Below are positions 12,201-25,228 of a stretch of DNA of 64,000 nucleotides, piece after piece. Source of the stretch: Balanoglossus misakiensis (lineage: Eukaryota > Animalia > Hemichordata); assembly GCA_040954595.2 (NCBI GenBank), contig CM082591.2, forward strand, positions 6,640,695 through 6,704,694, written 5' to 3'. The position numbers were made by a program, and so were the translations under genes. The notes under the pieces are model-generated. The model saw nothing but the letters and a program-made list of their open reading frames with translations, was not told where the DNA came from and did not search any database. Each line of letters begins with the position of its first letter. Position 1 is the first letter of the stretch.

Positions 12201-15200
12201 CTCTCTACCTCTACCTCAACATTGATACCTAAATATTCCTTGACGGTCCTTTCACATCTAGCTGAAAGTCACACGTAATCTCGAAATATAGGGCGGATTG
12301 CGCTACAACACCGCATTAATTTTGGAGCGCAAACCTCAACAATTCACAATAGAATGTGAACGAGGGACCTGTCGATTGCTTTTCCTCCATGACCTTAAAA
12401 TTGACGGTAGCCATAAAATAATTGCACGTTTTATTAGGGTCCATCAAACGACTGTTTAATCACTGCTCTCCCCCAGCTGTTGAACTTGAAACCGCGCAAC
12501 TTGTTGCACAAATATCGCAGTGCATTATTCGGCTGAGCTCTGCGCCCGACAAACTGAGTGGAGGGCAGTCGTTAACTTAATTTGGACTCCAATTTTTTAT
12601 TAGGAATACTCGTAGACCATAATGACCAGCCCACCTGGCCTGGGCCACCATGTTTTACCTCCCCGGCCCACACTTACACATAGTTGCCGAGGCAATCAAA
12701 TACATGTAGTTGACCGCTTAGATTGCTCTTAAAGCTCCATATAGCTGTATCTTTTCCCTATGTTTTCAGTATATTTGATTTATGTATCTTCTGCAGTTTC
12801 CTGTTAAAATTCCAGAAACATGATGAAATACCTTCCTCATTTAGCTTATCAACGCAACATATCCGTGTATAGACAGCATTGTTATTGTGCAAAATGAGAA
12901 TTCAAGTCCGGACTAGAATTCATTTGTCAACAACTACAATTGCCGTTACACACATACATGCTATGTTGACAAGCGGAGTACTGTGTATTTTAGCATATTG
13001 TTTGGAGTAGGGCAAGAAACTGCATTTGATACACGGAACAAAAATACTGTAAATAAAAGTAAAAGTTACAGCTAACGCCCCTTTAAACCAGTGACCGTCA
13101 ACGTCAATATTGGCGCTGCAGTAGTTGTTTTGGTGTAAAAGGAGATGGGGGATGGATCGATGTAAGCAAACATGTGTTGTTGCACAACACCATACCATCA
13201 AAGATGAACGAGGCGGCCGGCATATGCAGAATACCGATCGATTTAAAATAAACCAGTAAGAAAATAATTGTTACAAAATATCTGGAATGGCATGTAATCC
13301 TACAAGATAGATTCTGCATGTACCTGTAAAAGATAAACTTAGTCACGGTGTGTCGCGAAAGACCAGTAAGGTGGGTGGGAGGTTATAATTCAAAAATGTT
13401 GGTGAGAACAATTTAAAGGGACAAAGTCTCTTTCTCACTGCCCTTTCCATTAATTATGTTTGATACAAGACACCGTTTATATTAATGTACAGGTGTATAT
13501 TATATTGAATCAATGTTCAACCACACACAAATTCCGTCCCGCTTGTATGATACGAGAGTAAAAACTCGCCCAAAATGAATAAATGGTAAAGACTGATTTG
13601 ATTATTCATTTTGGAGAGTTTTTCTCTCTCGTGTCTACTAGTGGGATGGAAGGTGTGTGGTTGAACGTTGATTCACTATCATCCATATGTACATTAACAT
13701 AAATTGTGTCTTGTATATCAAACATAATTAATGGAAAAAGGGCGGTGGGAGAGAGACTTTGTCCCTTTTAGCAAGAAGTGAATAATGTCGATTATTTCCG
13801 TATCGGAGCTGGTGAATCAACACTTAGGGGCATTTGCTGAGCAATTGGCGTTATAGGGCGCTGTTACTTTCCACTCGACTGTAATCAGCAGCTATCGTTA
13901 GAGATTTATTGAAGTGTGTCGCCAATTATGTTATATTAGCGTTATTGAATTAGAGGACTCTTGCCGATTTGCATGTAGTGGCCATTGATCGGTGAAGCAT
14001 GCAATGGGAGGCTGGCTATGGTTTGTACCAAGTGCCAAGGAAGTATAATGTGATGTTGACCAGAGATGCTGTTGTCAGAGAGGACGGGGGGGGGGGGGAG
14101 GGAGGGAGTGACATCCAGATTAAGCCCACGGTGTGAAGTGATGTATAACCGTGTTGACCTTGCATCAACAAGAATACTGTTCTACAAAGAAACATGATTC
14201 TTTTCATTCTCATACAGATTTTGATTTATGTTAATATTTTGACATTAAACTGGTGATAGTATCACCAGTTTAATTTGTTGCGTTTATGTTTTACGTCCAC
14301 GGGTTTAACACTGAATTCGCGACCGTCCGCGCGCCCGCGTCCACGCCCCTCCCCCCAATGCCCAAAAGGAGTGTGCTTGCATATCGCGTGGTTCTTGCCT
14401 TCAATTCCAAGTTGACGACTAACCTCGCGCAATCTCGCGCGCTTTTGTCGGGTTTATTCAAATGGCAGTTATTGGCCCGTGATTTTTTTTTTATCATTTC
14501 GGCAACTTTGATAATTATAGGAAACATTTCATTCGGAGAAGTTTCGATCATACTGACCGAACTGATTTGAAATCAGTCGGCTCAGACAAGTCAATTCAAC
14601 CGCAGGGTTGGTTTACATGAAGTATATTCACATAGTTAAATCAGTTTACTCGCTCCAACCTTGTCCGTTGACATGAGCCAAGGCGACTCGGCAGTAATAT
14701 TGCATTCACGGCGAGTTTTCGCGCTGATTAGCGAAACATGTGTTTCCTTTGCAAAACTTTAGATACGTTTCATTAAATCCGACGTATTTTTACGACACGT
14801 AAGCAAAACTCCGAAACACACCGGAATCTGACAGTAAAGTTTAACATCGGAGAATTATAGGTTTCGTCGTGTTTTAATCGCCGTTGGGATATTTTAGACG
14901 CCCAGGACCAAGTTTGAAAGCAATGGCGTTTAGTGCGTATCGTTGCATTTGACGTCTGACGTCATAAATGAGTCTACTGTGGTCTGTAATGTCAGCGTTT
15001 TGCCGCGCGTTCCCGGCAACGATTTTTACACACAAGTGGAGGTTCGCTTTCGTCACACCCCGATAATCCCAGCGTATCATTTTGGACACGGGCGATCATA
15101 ATCGTTCTACTTGTCTGGAAGAGGGATTTGCGATCGCACCATTGACTATTATTAGAAAACGTGTCCGTCACGTTCTGCAGATAGCGTCCGGTGGTTTGAA

Positions 15201-17261
15201 GGGGTTAAACTTAAAGGAAACTGTGGGTACATGTATATTGGTTGGTTTCACATGTGTAGCCAACATATGGCGAACAGTGTCTCAACGCCCACATGTGGAC
15301 ATCAATTCCAGTTTGGGCTGGAGGCTCTTTTGGCTTCTGGTGGCGTGTACTGATTAAACAGCAACACCATCATATCTCAGCTTGTAAACAACCTTAAGGC
15401 GGTCATACTGAACAGTGTGATGTTTCTGGCGGCAAAGTGGATACAAAAATTGTCGTGAGAATCTCTTGCTCCCCTATCTTGCTAGTAGAAAACCCGTTTC
15501 TTCAGAATACAGTTCATGATAGTTTCTTCACTATCAAGCTGTAACTGTTGGCTTTCTTTTGAGCAATTTTTTTCCGTGTATCAAATACAATTTCTTGTTC
15601 CACTCCAAACAGCATGCTAATATACCAGTTACTCCGCTCGCCAACATAACATATATGCGTGTAACGACCATTGTTTTTGTTGACAATTGAATTCTAGTCC
15701 GGACTTGAATTCAAATTAAGCACAATAACAATGCTGACTATACACATATATGTTGTGTTGATAAGTTAAATGCTGGGTTTCATCTTCGTTCAGGAGTTTG
15801 AATAATAGACTGCAGTAAATACACAATACAGAAATACTGAAAACATAACGAAAAGTTACAGCTAATGGAGCTTTAAATTTCCTGGCGTTTATTTTGGTCA
15901 CCTTTATTTACTTTGACATTCAGTGACCACTTCCATCGATCGTCAAGGGAACCGCCATCACGAGTCAGTTTTCTTTCGTCGCTGGTCATTCACGAGTCGA
16001 CTTTCATCCCCGTTGCTATGCGCTCCACTCAGCTTACAGCGTGACTTCCCCCAAAACATATGGAGATCACTAGCCAGTCAAATATACTTAACCCCGTGCT
16101 TGATTGAATAAGCACTTGGGACACGCAGGAGACTTAGACAACTAATTTGACAAGAAAAGGAAAACGCGATATATATGTTGTATAGACTTGCTCGCCTTGA
16201 GGTTAGAGCTGAAAATGATACATAGTTTACTGAGAAACGTGTAAACGTTTGGAAGTGGTAACCCTCGAACATTCTGTATTTTCAAATCTCCGTTCATGTT
16301 GGTCTGCAGATGCCGGTCACTCTGAAATGCACATTTCTCATGATTCGGATTCAAATCTGCAAATGTGGGACAGCAGCGATGAATCGCGGGGATAGATTTA
16401 AACTTACTGTAGCTATGAGCAGCCATTTTTGTCGACTTTAAATTTTAATTTTCTGTGAAATTGGTATTGCAGCCGCATAACAAGAGCGACAATCGAAGCA
16501 AGCAGATGGAATACAAAACCAAAATGGCGTGCCAAATTTTTGAGATGCGTTCCGTCTACCAGCCTAGAAATTCTGGTTTTACACGTTGACGCCCATCGTT
16601 CCAGATTCAAAATCACCTGGACTGTGTCGAGAGCACCAAAAATGCACAATTCAACAAAATTGTACGGAAAATAGTGGCATGCGGAATTTCCAGCTAACAT
16701 TACCCCAGTGTCGTCCAATCTTTTATTTTTAATTCACCGCCACGATGGCGCAGCGGGACAGAAATCCCAGCAAAGCCCACGCCCCAGTGAATGTAAACTG
16801 CTCCAATCCTGTGGAGCGGCACGCATGCTCTGTTCTCCACATTCAAAACAGGGGGCGTAATGAGAAATTGTTTTTCCTCCTAAAACCTAATTAGACCACT
16901 AAAAACAAACACACGATAATTCGAAGTCTGCCCACATCAATCTCAGTCCAGGATTTCAGGTTCAAAGGTCAAGTTGCTTCGTTGATTTCGTGTACAGGTC
17001 ATTTATATAACTACTAAGTACTATCCAGTTGGTTTATCATTGCATGGCTTGTAGCGTAAGTGAAGGCATCCGTTGTACACCCAAAGTTAATTTGTTTACC
17101 GAGATATCAAAATAATCTAACCGATAATCCTTGAAGTAGGCAGCCTACTAGCAAGCTTGGTACGTGGCTTTGCATCGAATTACACAGCCCTGTAATATAA
17201 GATGCCGTGACAGGGTAAAGTTTAGATTGGATGTGGGCGCCTTGACCCGCGACAAACGTGA

Positions 17262-17336
<75 letters not shown>

Positions 17337-17350
17337 GATGATGATGCTCT

Positions 17351-17405
<55 letters not shown>

Positions 17406-20400
17406 CACGGCGGTGGTTGTGGTGGCCATCGTCGTTAGCGTCGTAAGTTAACGCCAAACGGATATAAATACATTATTTCTTCAAAAGCGGCAACGTTCAT
17501 TATGGCGTTGCTTTTTTTCAAATATTACTCTAATTCTGAGGGGAAAAGAATCTCGAAGTCCTCCACAAGAGAACACACAAATCAGATTCCAGCTTTTCGC
17601 GCAACCACAGGCGCGTTCTTGCTGAACCGTTTTCTCACACTAAAACTGCGAACAGATGGTCACCGGCCTCATTCTGCCAACTTACGACACCCCAAAGCTC
17701 CACATGTCGACGGATCGGGTCGATTCGGACAACATAATTTATAAGTATGTCATTGAAACGCTGGCTGTGATGTAGTGTACATGTGCCAATCGCTTGACTG
17801 TGAACCAACAGTTAGTGTTAGCATATACCCGTATCAAACGGAATTAACCACCACACTACATATCATTAGGATATTTATGATAAGAGATCCCCTTACAATT
17901 TGCGTTGATTAGTTGCGTTTAATGGTTTAACTCACGATGTGAATTGCATCGCGAGAGATATTTAGATCGTCGAAAGAAAAACAAATTAGCGTGAACGCTT
18001 GAGCCAGCCGTTCCCGAGCGCTGCACTGACCGGCTACCGTGGTGACTTTAATCAGCTTAATCCAATACAATTAGACGTTCTTTGTTTTATGTTAGGTCTG
18101 GCTGCGAACGCGATCTCGTTATCGGCAAAGTGGATGCCAACCCGTGTAAACATTCGCAAACGTTTTAATTGGATGTTTGATCCTAAATTAATTTATTTTA
18201 TCGGTGATATCGGGGCGCTGATGAGTTTATCCAACAAATGGTTCGGCTTTGCAGGGATTCGATTGTGGGAAGCAGTTTGAAGCTAGTAAATACATTGTAC
18301 TGGTTTAGTGGGAATTGTGTGTTCAGTTTCAACCCATGTTTTCACATATAGTCATTGTCTCGCACTGATACCAGAATTATCGACTCTATCAAATCTCTCT
18401 CTTCGCTCTTGTCTGACACACAAACAATCTCCCTCCCTCCCTCTCTCTTCTCTCTCGCCCCTCTCTCTCTCTCTCCCGCCCACCCTCAGACATCCCTAGT
18501 GAGATGACAGAAATCGGTTGAACGACGTGCCCCCCCCCTCCGATCACTGAGGCACGCTTCTCCCACTGAACGAAGCAAATCGGGTTCTCAACTATTCACA
18601 GCCAAACACAGGAGGTGGTCAAACGCAGTGATGCACAGTGAAATGTCAAATTTGGAACAAATGAGGATTGACCAACAATGTTAGGCTTCATTAATCAAAC
18701 AACACAATCATTCTTGCCCGTATTCTCCCTTCCAATTCATATAACACATAAGATTCCCCTAAGAGGGTCTTCTTCTTCTTCGGGTATCGTACATGTATGC
18801 GTTGGTGTCTCCAGATTACCCCCCCCCCCTCTCATTACTGTTTTGACTGTCCCCTGGTATTTCTACACATACCGCCCAACACTGTCCCCCACCTGTCTAC
18901 ACCAAGTCCCCGCCGACTGTCCTATCTCCCTCATACCCGCGTCTCTATTCCCGCCAAGATTCTGCCCTCCTCCACCCCCAACCAAAATTTCCATCGGACA
19001 CTGATCATCAAACCTGTGCTGAGGTGCGGCGAGTGATAATGGATATGCCGTTTGTAACAGCTGGTGGCTGCCGCCGTTAATTAATGGAAATTACTTACAT
19101 TTAATACCGCGCCAAATTGGTTATTTATTTTAATAAGCGTCCGGTGTTTACGCAAAAGTTAACCGAGTTCCACGCATTTCCGATCAACACGTCGAGAGAC
19201 GTCAATTTAGTCGTGGCCATCTTGGCCCAACTATTTGCTGAATTGTCGAACAACGTCTGAACAGTTCACTTGATTAAATTACATGGTATCGATAACCGCT
19301 CACTATAAGATGCTATATTTATGCGCTAACTTCATCTGACCATTATTATCTGACATTTTTCAGATGTTTTTTAATCTGTTCGAGTTAAATTTTTGTTATC
19401 CGAGGCACTCGTCGCTCGGTATGACGCTATAAAATGCACTGTTCTTTCCTAATTACATGGGTCATATCGCGCGTTACTGAACCTCAGTTATTGAATTCAC
19501 TTTCGAATAATAAAGATCGCAGCAGTGAACGTCGCTAATCAAATACCCCAAGTTCTTTTTAAAATTAACTGTCCGATCCAAATAGCTCAACTATGTGTCC
19601 GTCTGACAGCGACTGCGTGGCTTCCTAATTCCTGGTCTAATCAGACGAAGTTGGTCGCTCATTGCAGGGGGGGCGCACAGCCCACCCCTCGCCGCTTCAT
19701 CGTTGAATACGTAGAGAATTGAGCTTCTAACTCTCTGGGGGTATTTGCCGAGTGTTGCAAATGCCGTTCCAGTGTCTCGACCGAGCTGAAGGTGGGGTTA
19801 CAATAATAACTTGCGATATTACAAAACCTAGATAGTCTAACAGCAGAGGCCTGGCCGCGCTACAAGTGTGAAACATAAGCAGTAGCAAAACCGCATACTT
19901 TCCAATTGACGATCAAAATATTTGCTGAGGGAATTATATTATATTTATGATATAATCCAGTAAGAATGACAAAAGAATGTTTGGTAGCCGCAACTTATGA
20001 TTAACAGATTAAGGCTGTTGTGACAGAGATGTGACAGAAAGGCATTCTACTGGCCACCAAACTACAAGCAGTTTGCCGCCAAAATTTTCTGAAAATAATT
20101 CGACAAAAATTGTTCAGAGAGTGAAGAAACCGCATCCCAGCCATTGTACATAACTTGTGAGTTATTTTCTACCAAAATTAACGGCAGATTGGAATTTATT
20201 CAGTCTACTGTCCGACTCGGACGCCATCGATCGCGGTGGAACTCTTTCGGCGTCAAAGTTTTGGCGCCATGTTTGTGCTCATTTCACAGAAACATTTGCT
20301 CTCAACGTTTAGAAATGTTCGCTTCCTATGCAATGATGCCTTCTGGTTAATATTTGATTTACTCCGGAACGAAAATTCGTCAAATACTGACCTGTCCTAC

Positions 20401-23400
20401 CGTTATGCCGAACACACAATGAGAAACTCCCCGAGAAGCGTGTTCTATTTTGACAATGTCGGGCTATTAGTTTGACGGGACGTGGCGAATGTGAAACATC
20501 ACTGTTCTGATTCAAGTGTCATTTTCCTGTCAATTTAAAATTAATTTTTACTGACCAAACACCGAAATCCAAATATTATTTTTTTCGACGGGTACAATGT
20601 GTCCACCGTAGAAGAGTGCTTACAAACAGACAGACAGACAGACAGGCAGACAGACAGACAGAAACACATACACACTCAGAGAGAGAAAGAGGCAGAGACA
20701 GACAGACAGACATAGAGACAGACAGACAAACCGACTGTAGCCCCGAAATTCAACAAAACACACTCGTTTTTGCTGATGTATCACATTGCCCATAAAACTA
20801 ATGACGGAAACAGTTCATTTTACGGATTATATTTAACGGTACACCAGCCACCTCGAAAACTGCCAGGCGAACCTTTCAATTGTGCAAGGTGACTGTTTAT
20901 TCCATTAATCCTTAACCCCACTTCCTGAAGGGGGCGAAGCACAGACAATAGGGGCACCAACCATCGTCAACTTCTGTACAAAATCTGTGAACTTTATCGG
21001 CGACTCATTAAGGGTGTACGGCAACGATGGAATAACTGTCAAGCTCTGACAAACCGTTTATTATTAATTATTGCGAGATGAACTCATGGGTTCCGAAACT
21101 CAGATGCGTTTAAACGACATCAATTACCGCCCGAGTATCTAGTGTGCTTTTGACAAGGCAAATTATTGGTTGACCTGAGAGTCCATCCATCAGCGGACGG
21201 AGAAAGGAAATACTTTAATGGGAGTTGAAACGAAACGAAACACTGGACGACAATCAAAAGACGAATTTTGGCATAGACGCAGTGCGCCGAGATGAACCCG
21301 TCACTTTTTTTATGAGAGAAAACCGCCTTCCATCAAATTGATCGCTGTTTCGCATTAATATTCCCTGCAAGGGTGATGCCGCAGTCGGATGTAAGCGGTT
21401 CATGGGGACGGTGCCTGGACGTTTTATCGGGGTTTTTATAGCTGTTTTTATAAAACAGAAACCGTTCGATCATATCCCGGGATATATTATTAAAGGGACA
21501 AAGTCTCTCTCTCGCTGCCCTTTTTTCATTAATTATGTTTGATACAAGACACCGTTTGTTATTCTACATGTGGATATATAGTGAATCAACGTTCAACCAC
21601 ACACAACTTCCATCCCTCTTATAGACAAGAGAGTGAAAAAACTCGCCAAAATGAATAATCGTTCTTTACCATTTATTCATTTTGGGCGAGTTTTTACTCT
21701 CATATCATACACGTGGGATGGAAGTTTTGTGTGGTTGATCATTGATTCACTATATATCCACTTTTACATTAACATAACCAGTGTCTTGTATCAAACATAA
21801 TTAATGAAAAGGGGCAGCTGGAGAGAGACTTTTTCCCTTTAAAGGGACATTAGCTGTAACTTTGGGGTTTATTTTTATTTCCAGTATTTTTCAGTGTCGC
21901 GTGTACCAAATGCACAACTCTTTGTACACCAAACAGCATGCTTATATACACAGTACTCCACTTGTCAACATAGCCTGTATGTGTGTAACGGTCATTATTA
22001 TTGTTGACAAATGAATTTTAGTCCGGACTTGAATTCAAATTTCGCACAATAACAGTGATATACATGTATGTATACATATGTAGGCTGTATTAATAAGGTG
22101 AATGAATACTGGGCGTTGCAACATGCTTCAGAGATTTGACTTTTGTAGATACTCAAAACAAAAATACTAAAAACATAGCGAAATATTACAGCAGAGTTTT
22201 AAAGAAATCTGTAAAACCATATCGAAAACATCATGTTGCCGTTGACACTCACGCATATTAGTATAATTATTGGAGTACTTTAAGTTGATTATTTTATACA
22301 TCTGTTTTCGACGGACCTCATCGCCCACACCATCTTTGGCATATTCTCTTGTGTTTACTAATAACTTGTAGAATTTTTATTAATATCACAGAGATCAGAA
22401 ATATTTGAAGAAGGCTTTCCATTACAGATGTCTTCGATTTGAAATCTGTCGTTAAAATGAAAATGGAGTCCGTACGCATAGCGAACGGTTCTACAGCGAC
22501 TCGTCGAACGACACCAAGAAATTTTTGCATGGCGCCAAACTGCGTCAATAAGAATGTCAAAAGGTATATAAGTTATGGACATATTATTTTAAAGGAGATA
22601 AAATGTAATAATTTTAATAACAATATTTGCGTATTTTACGATGCAGCTCTCTATTTCTAATGTCATGCACTGGCTTATAACCAAACTATATTTTTTATAT
22701 TTTAAGAAATACTTTGCCTTTCGCGACACATAAATTATATTTATTGTGCCATCAAATAAAACTTAATTATTGAGCAAAATATTAGGCAATGTAGTTGTTA
22801 TTGGGTTACTTTTAAAAACATTTTATTGACATATCATTTTTCTGGTGTTGAGTTTTTCTAAAACTATGATAGAGACATTAGATTTTATTCCATATTGCGT
22901 AAAATCGTTTATCGCGGCAACTATGGATTTTTTGGGCCTTTTTTTGCGGGTAAGACATAATTTTGATACCATAATTTATAAGTAAGTATCAGCTTTCGGC
23001 TTTAAGAGACAGTATCAGTAGCTTTTAATATTTTTTCTAAAGACGATATTTTTTGTTCTACCGCTGCAGCTGTTTGGCGCGTTTGTGCTGATAATCCAGG
23101 GGTCCTGGCTTCAAATTCAATTGTTAAAGAAAAGCGTTGTATAGTTCTCATATCCAGACTATGCTGGCAAGCAGAATTCTTGTCGTTTATGATTTAGTTG
23201 TAAGGGAGAACTGTCGTTTACACAACGTGTGATAATACAGAAAATATAGCAAACTGGGAGCCATGGTCCCTCTTGACATTACGGCACAACATACGAACTT
23301 GAAAGGTTGGCTCTACGAGAACGCATGTCCCGGCAGAGTGCTCGGCCGTGTAAGACTATGATACGCCGCGGAAGGCCGTGGCCCGGCCGAGCAAGAGCAG

Positions 23401-25228
23401 CCCGGACCGACGTACTCGTAGGACCAACCACGCGTGCTCCCAAATATCTCCAGTTCATAACAGAAACCTGATTGGGTGTTTTGTTATATTAATACTATAT
23501 GTTTAGGCTACCAATGGGTTTATGCCTTCTTCTTTTTTACAAAATTCAGAAAATTGTAAATAACGTTCATATTGGGTTAAATTTCCCGCCTTTAAAAGTC
23601 TTCTGGGCAAAACATTATCCGTATAGAAGATTGTGACTTCCACAATGTACTAGTATTCAATAAGTTTATCATTTCGACTGTGTACAGTTCAAACACTAGC
23701 TAAAATGCGGGCGGAAGTTTGGCCAAACGGAAAATTACATTAAATTTACTGATTATTTCACACGATTTGAGGTTTTAATTCGAGGAACGTGATGTAAGTA
23801 CACACAGTGCAACTTTAATTTTAAATTTTTATATGTCGTGTATTATTTCTCGTCGGGGGTTGTTAATTAGTAGAATACTAGTATGTCATCAGAATTATTC
23901 CCGCAACATTTTGCTAAGACGGAAGCAAATTGATGTAAACATAAAGCTTAACTCTATTCGATATCACAAGTTCTGTATACAGCTGTCGTATTAAACAAAA
24001 AGGCTTTACTACACTGGAAAGTATAAATTGGACGCACGACCTAAGAAACTTCGTTTGTGAACGTTTCATATAATAATAGTTTAATATTTTTGACGATTCG
24101 CTTATGTCCTGATCTTAAAGATTCAGGATATATAGTGACAAACGTTGTGGGCAAAAAAGCTTTGACTGATACGCACATGAGGAAATAAAAGTCGCTGTAC
24201 TGTATACTGTATATCTAAACCAAATGTTGATAACATGTTACTTAATGCGTATAAACAATGTTAGCCATTCCGGAGTAAATTGTTTATTTGTTTGATTTCA
24301 ATTGTTTATTGCTGTTTCGACACTGTGTCACGCTGGGCGCGCATCGCAAGGAAAATGGCTGCAGCAATGTAGATATACGCGCTGGCATTGGAAGTTTTAG
24401 TGAAGATAGGTCTGTACGGGAACTCTAAATTCAAATCAACGGGACAACAGGACAGTATACACGGCCAACAGAGTAAATTGTAAAAAAAAATGTTACGTAT
24501 AGACCAGGGCAGTTGTAAACAGTTCATTACCATGATCTAGGCAAGGGTGCCTTTGTTGAACATTTTTCCGAGAAATGTCACTGTCATGCATCGCGGACCT
24601 ACTCAAAATCGGCTACAACATAACCAATATTTTACAGTGCAATTTTGCATGAAAGTTCATAAATTTTTATTGTGTGCAACTTCGTGCCAAGCGACAAACG
24701 CACTTTGAAGGACACGGGCTGAGAGTCAGTCTAGTACCTAGCCAAAATTTTGTCCGCTTTGCTTCCAAAACTATAGGCTTCCAAAACTATAGTTTTGGAA
24801 GCAAAGCGGACAACATTTCGGCTAGGTACTAGACTAGCTGAGAGTATGTTACATATTACTGTTATAAGATGGACGAGTTTGAGAGACAGACTGACAAACC
24901 TGTACTCGGGCTTCGGTGAGATCGCATCGCAGCGCCAACTGTTCGCGGCAGTAGACGTCCGGATAGTGCGTGCGCTGAAACACTTTCTCCATCTCGTCCA
25001 GTTGAAAACTGGTGAACGTCGTCCGGTTCCGTCGCTTCTTCCTCTTGTTGCTTTCCGCGCCCTCGCCGCTCTCTTGACCGCCATCTTTGGCGTCTTCTGG
25101 GTCCGTGCTCACACTTTCCTTGTCGTTCTCCTCGCCGTCCGCGTCTCTTTCCTCGGTGTTATTGTTTTTGTCCTCCGCCATGACCGTCTGCTTGTCTTTG
25201 ACTTCGGTCATCTCCTCCCGCGCCCTGT
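6104..25228 (-). CDS. alx: Alx-family (Alx4/Alx1/Cart1-like) paired-class homeobox transcription factor with C-terminal OAR domain; spliced, 5' exon unresolved
   Basis: Exons 24900-25228, 6954-7085 and 6104-6466 join in frame through GT-AG introns. They give homeodomain [46 protein letters not shown]|[15 protein letters not shown] (Q50, canonical paired-class intron at RVQ/VWF), the post-HD motif RFGQ...PRAEGYAQ|VQSSPW resembling Alx4, and OAR motif [16 protein letters not shown] before the stop at 6104. Confidence 0.95.
6622..6925. repeat. (ATTAC/ATCAC)n pentanucleotide satellite in last Alx intron
   Basis: Directly visible. Confidence 0.95.
6954..7085 (-). CDS. alx: Alx exon: homeodomain helix 3 ([18 protein letters not shown]...PRAEGYAQ), 44 codons, absent from the ORF track
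   Basis: Reverse complement reads ttcaag|GTT TGG TTT CAA AAC CGG AGG GCG AAG TGG ... TAT GCA CAG|gtattt; phase 0 at both ends. Confidence 0.95.
9026..9245. repeat. Compound tetranucleotide microsatellite (GTTG/GACT/GATT/CTTT)
   Basis: Directly visible. Confidence 0.93.
9505..9862. mobile_element. MITE family A, full copy (Alx intron)
   Basis: ttaa|agggacaaagtc ... ctttgtccct|ttaa with palindromic interior. Confidence 0.87.
11012..11377. mobile_element. MITE family A, full copy (Alx intron)
   Basis: ttaa|agggacaaagt ... actttgtccct|ttaa; arms meet at a loop near 11190-11205. Confidence 0.87.
12729..13086. mobile_element. TTAA-flanked MITE family B (other copies ~3572-3780, ~7135-7230 fragment, ~15537-15876, 21839-22203)
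   Basis: Short TIRs AGCTCCATATAGCTGTA / GTTACAGCTAACGCCCCT, TTAA ends, shared internal palindrome GAATTCAAGTCCGGACTAGAATTC. Confidence 0.78.
13413..13770. mobile_element. MITE family A, full copy (Alx intron)
   Basis: Same TIRs; right TSD mutated (ttta). Confidence 0.85.
17262..17405. repeat. (GAT)n microsatellite
   Basis: Directly visible; produces the spurious poly-H/M/I ORFs. Confidence 0.95.
21490..21842. mobile_element. MITE family A, full copy (Alx intron), sharing its right TTAA with a family B element
   Basis: ttaa|agggacaaagtc ... ttttccct|ttaa|agggacattagctg. Confidence 0.85.
24727..24836. mobile_element. 110-bp hairpin element (C/T)AGTCT...AGACTA with perfect 9-bp TSD
   Basis: GCTGAGAGT at 24718-24726 and 24837-24845; the element is essentially one inverted repeat. 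Confidence 0.85.
24900..25228 (-). CDS. alx: Alx exon: acidic N-terminal region and homeodomain helices 1-2 plus start of helix 3
   Basis: Acceptor tatccag at 25229-25230, in-frame ATG at 25211, donor CAG|gtttgt at 24899; corresponds to ORF 24849..25211. Confidence 0.93.

Noticed and set aside
17107-17457. Poly-His / poly-Ile / poly-Met ORFs
   Set aside because: Translations of a (GAT)n microsatellite inside the alx intron; no splice or domain support.
23075-23120. tRNA/SINE-like B-box (ggtcctggcttcaaattc)
   Set aside because: No cloverleaf, clear A-box or second copy visible; too weak to call.
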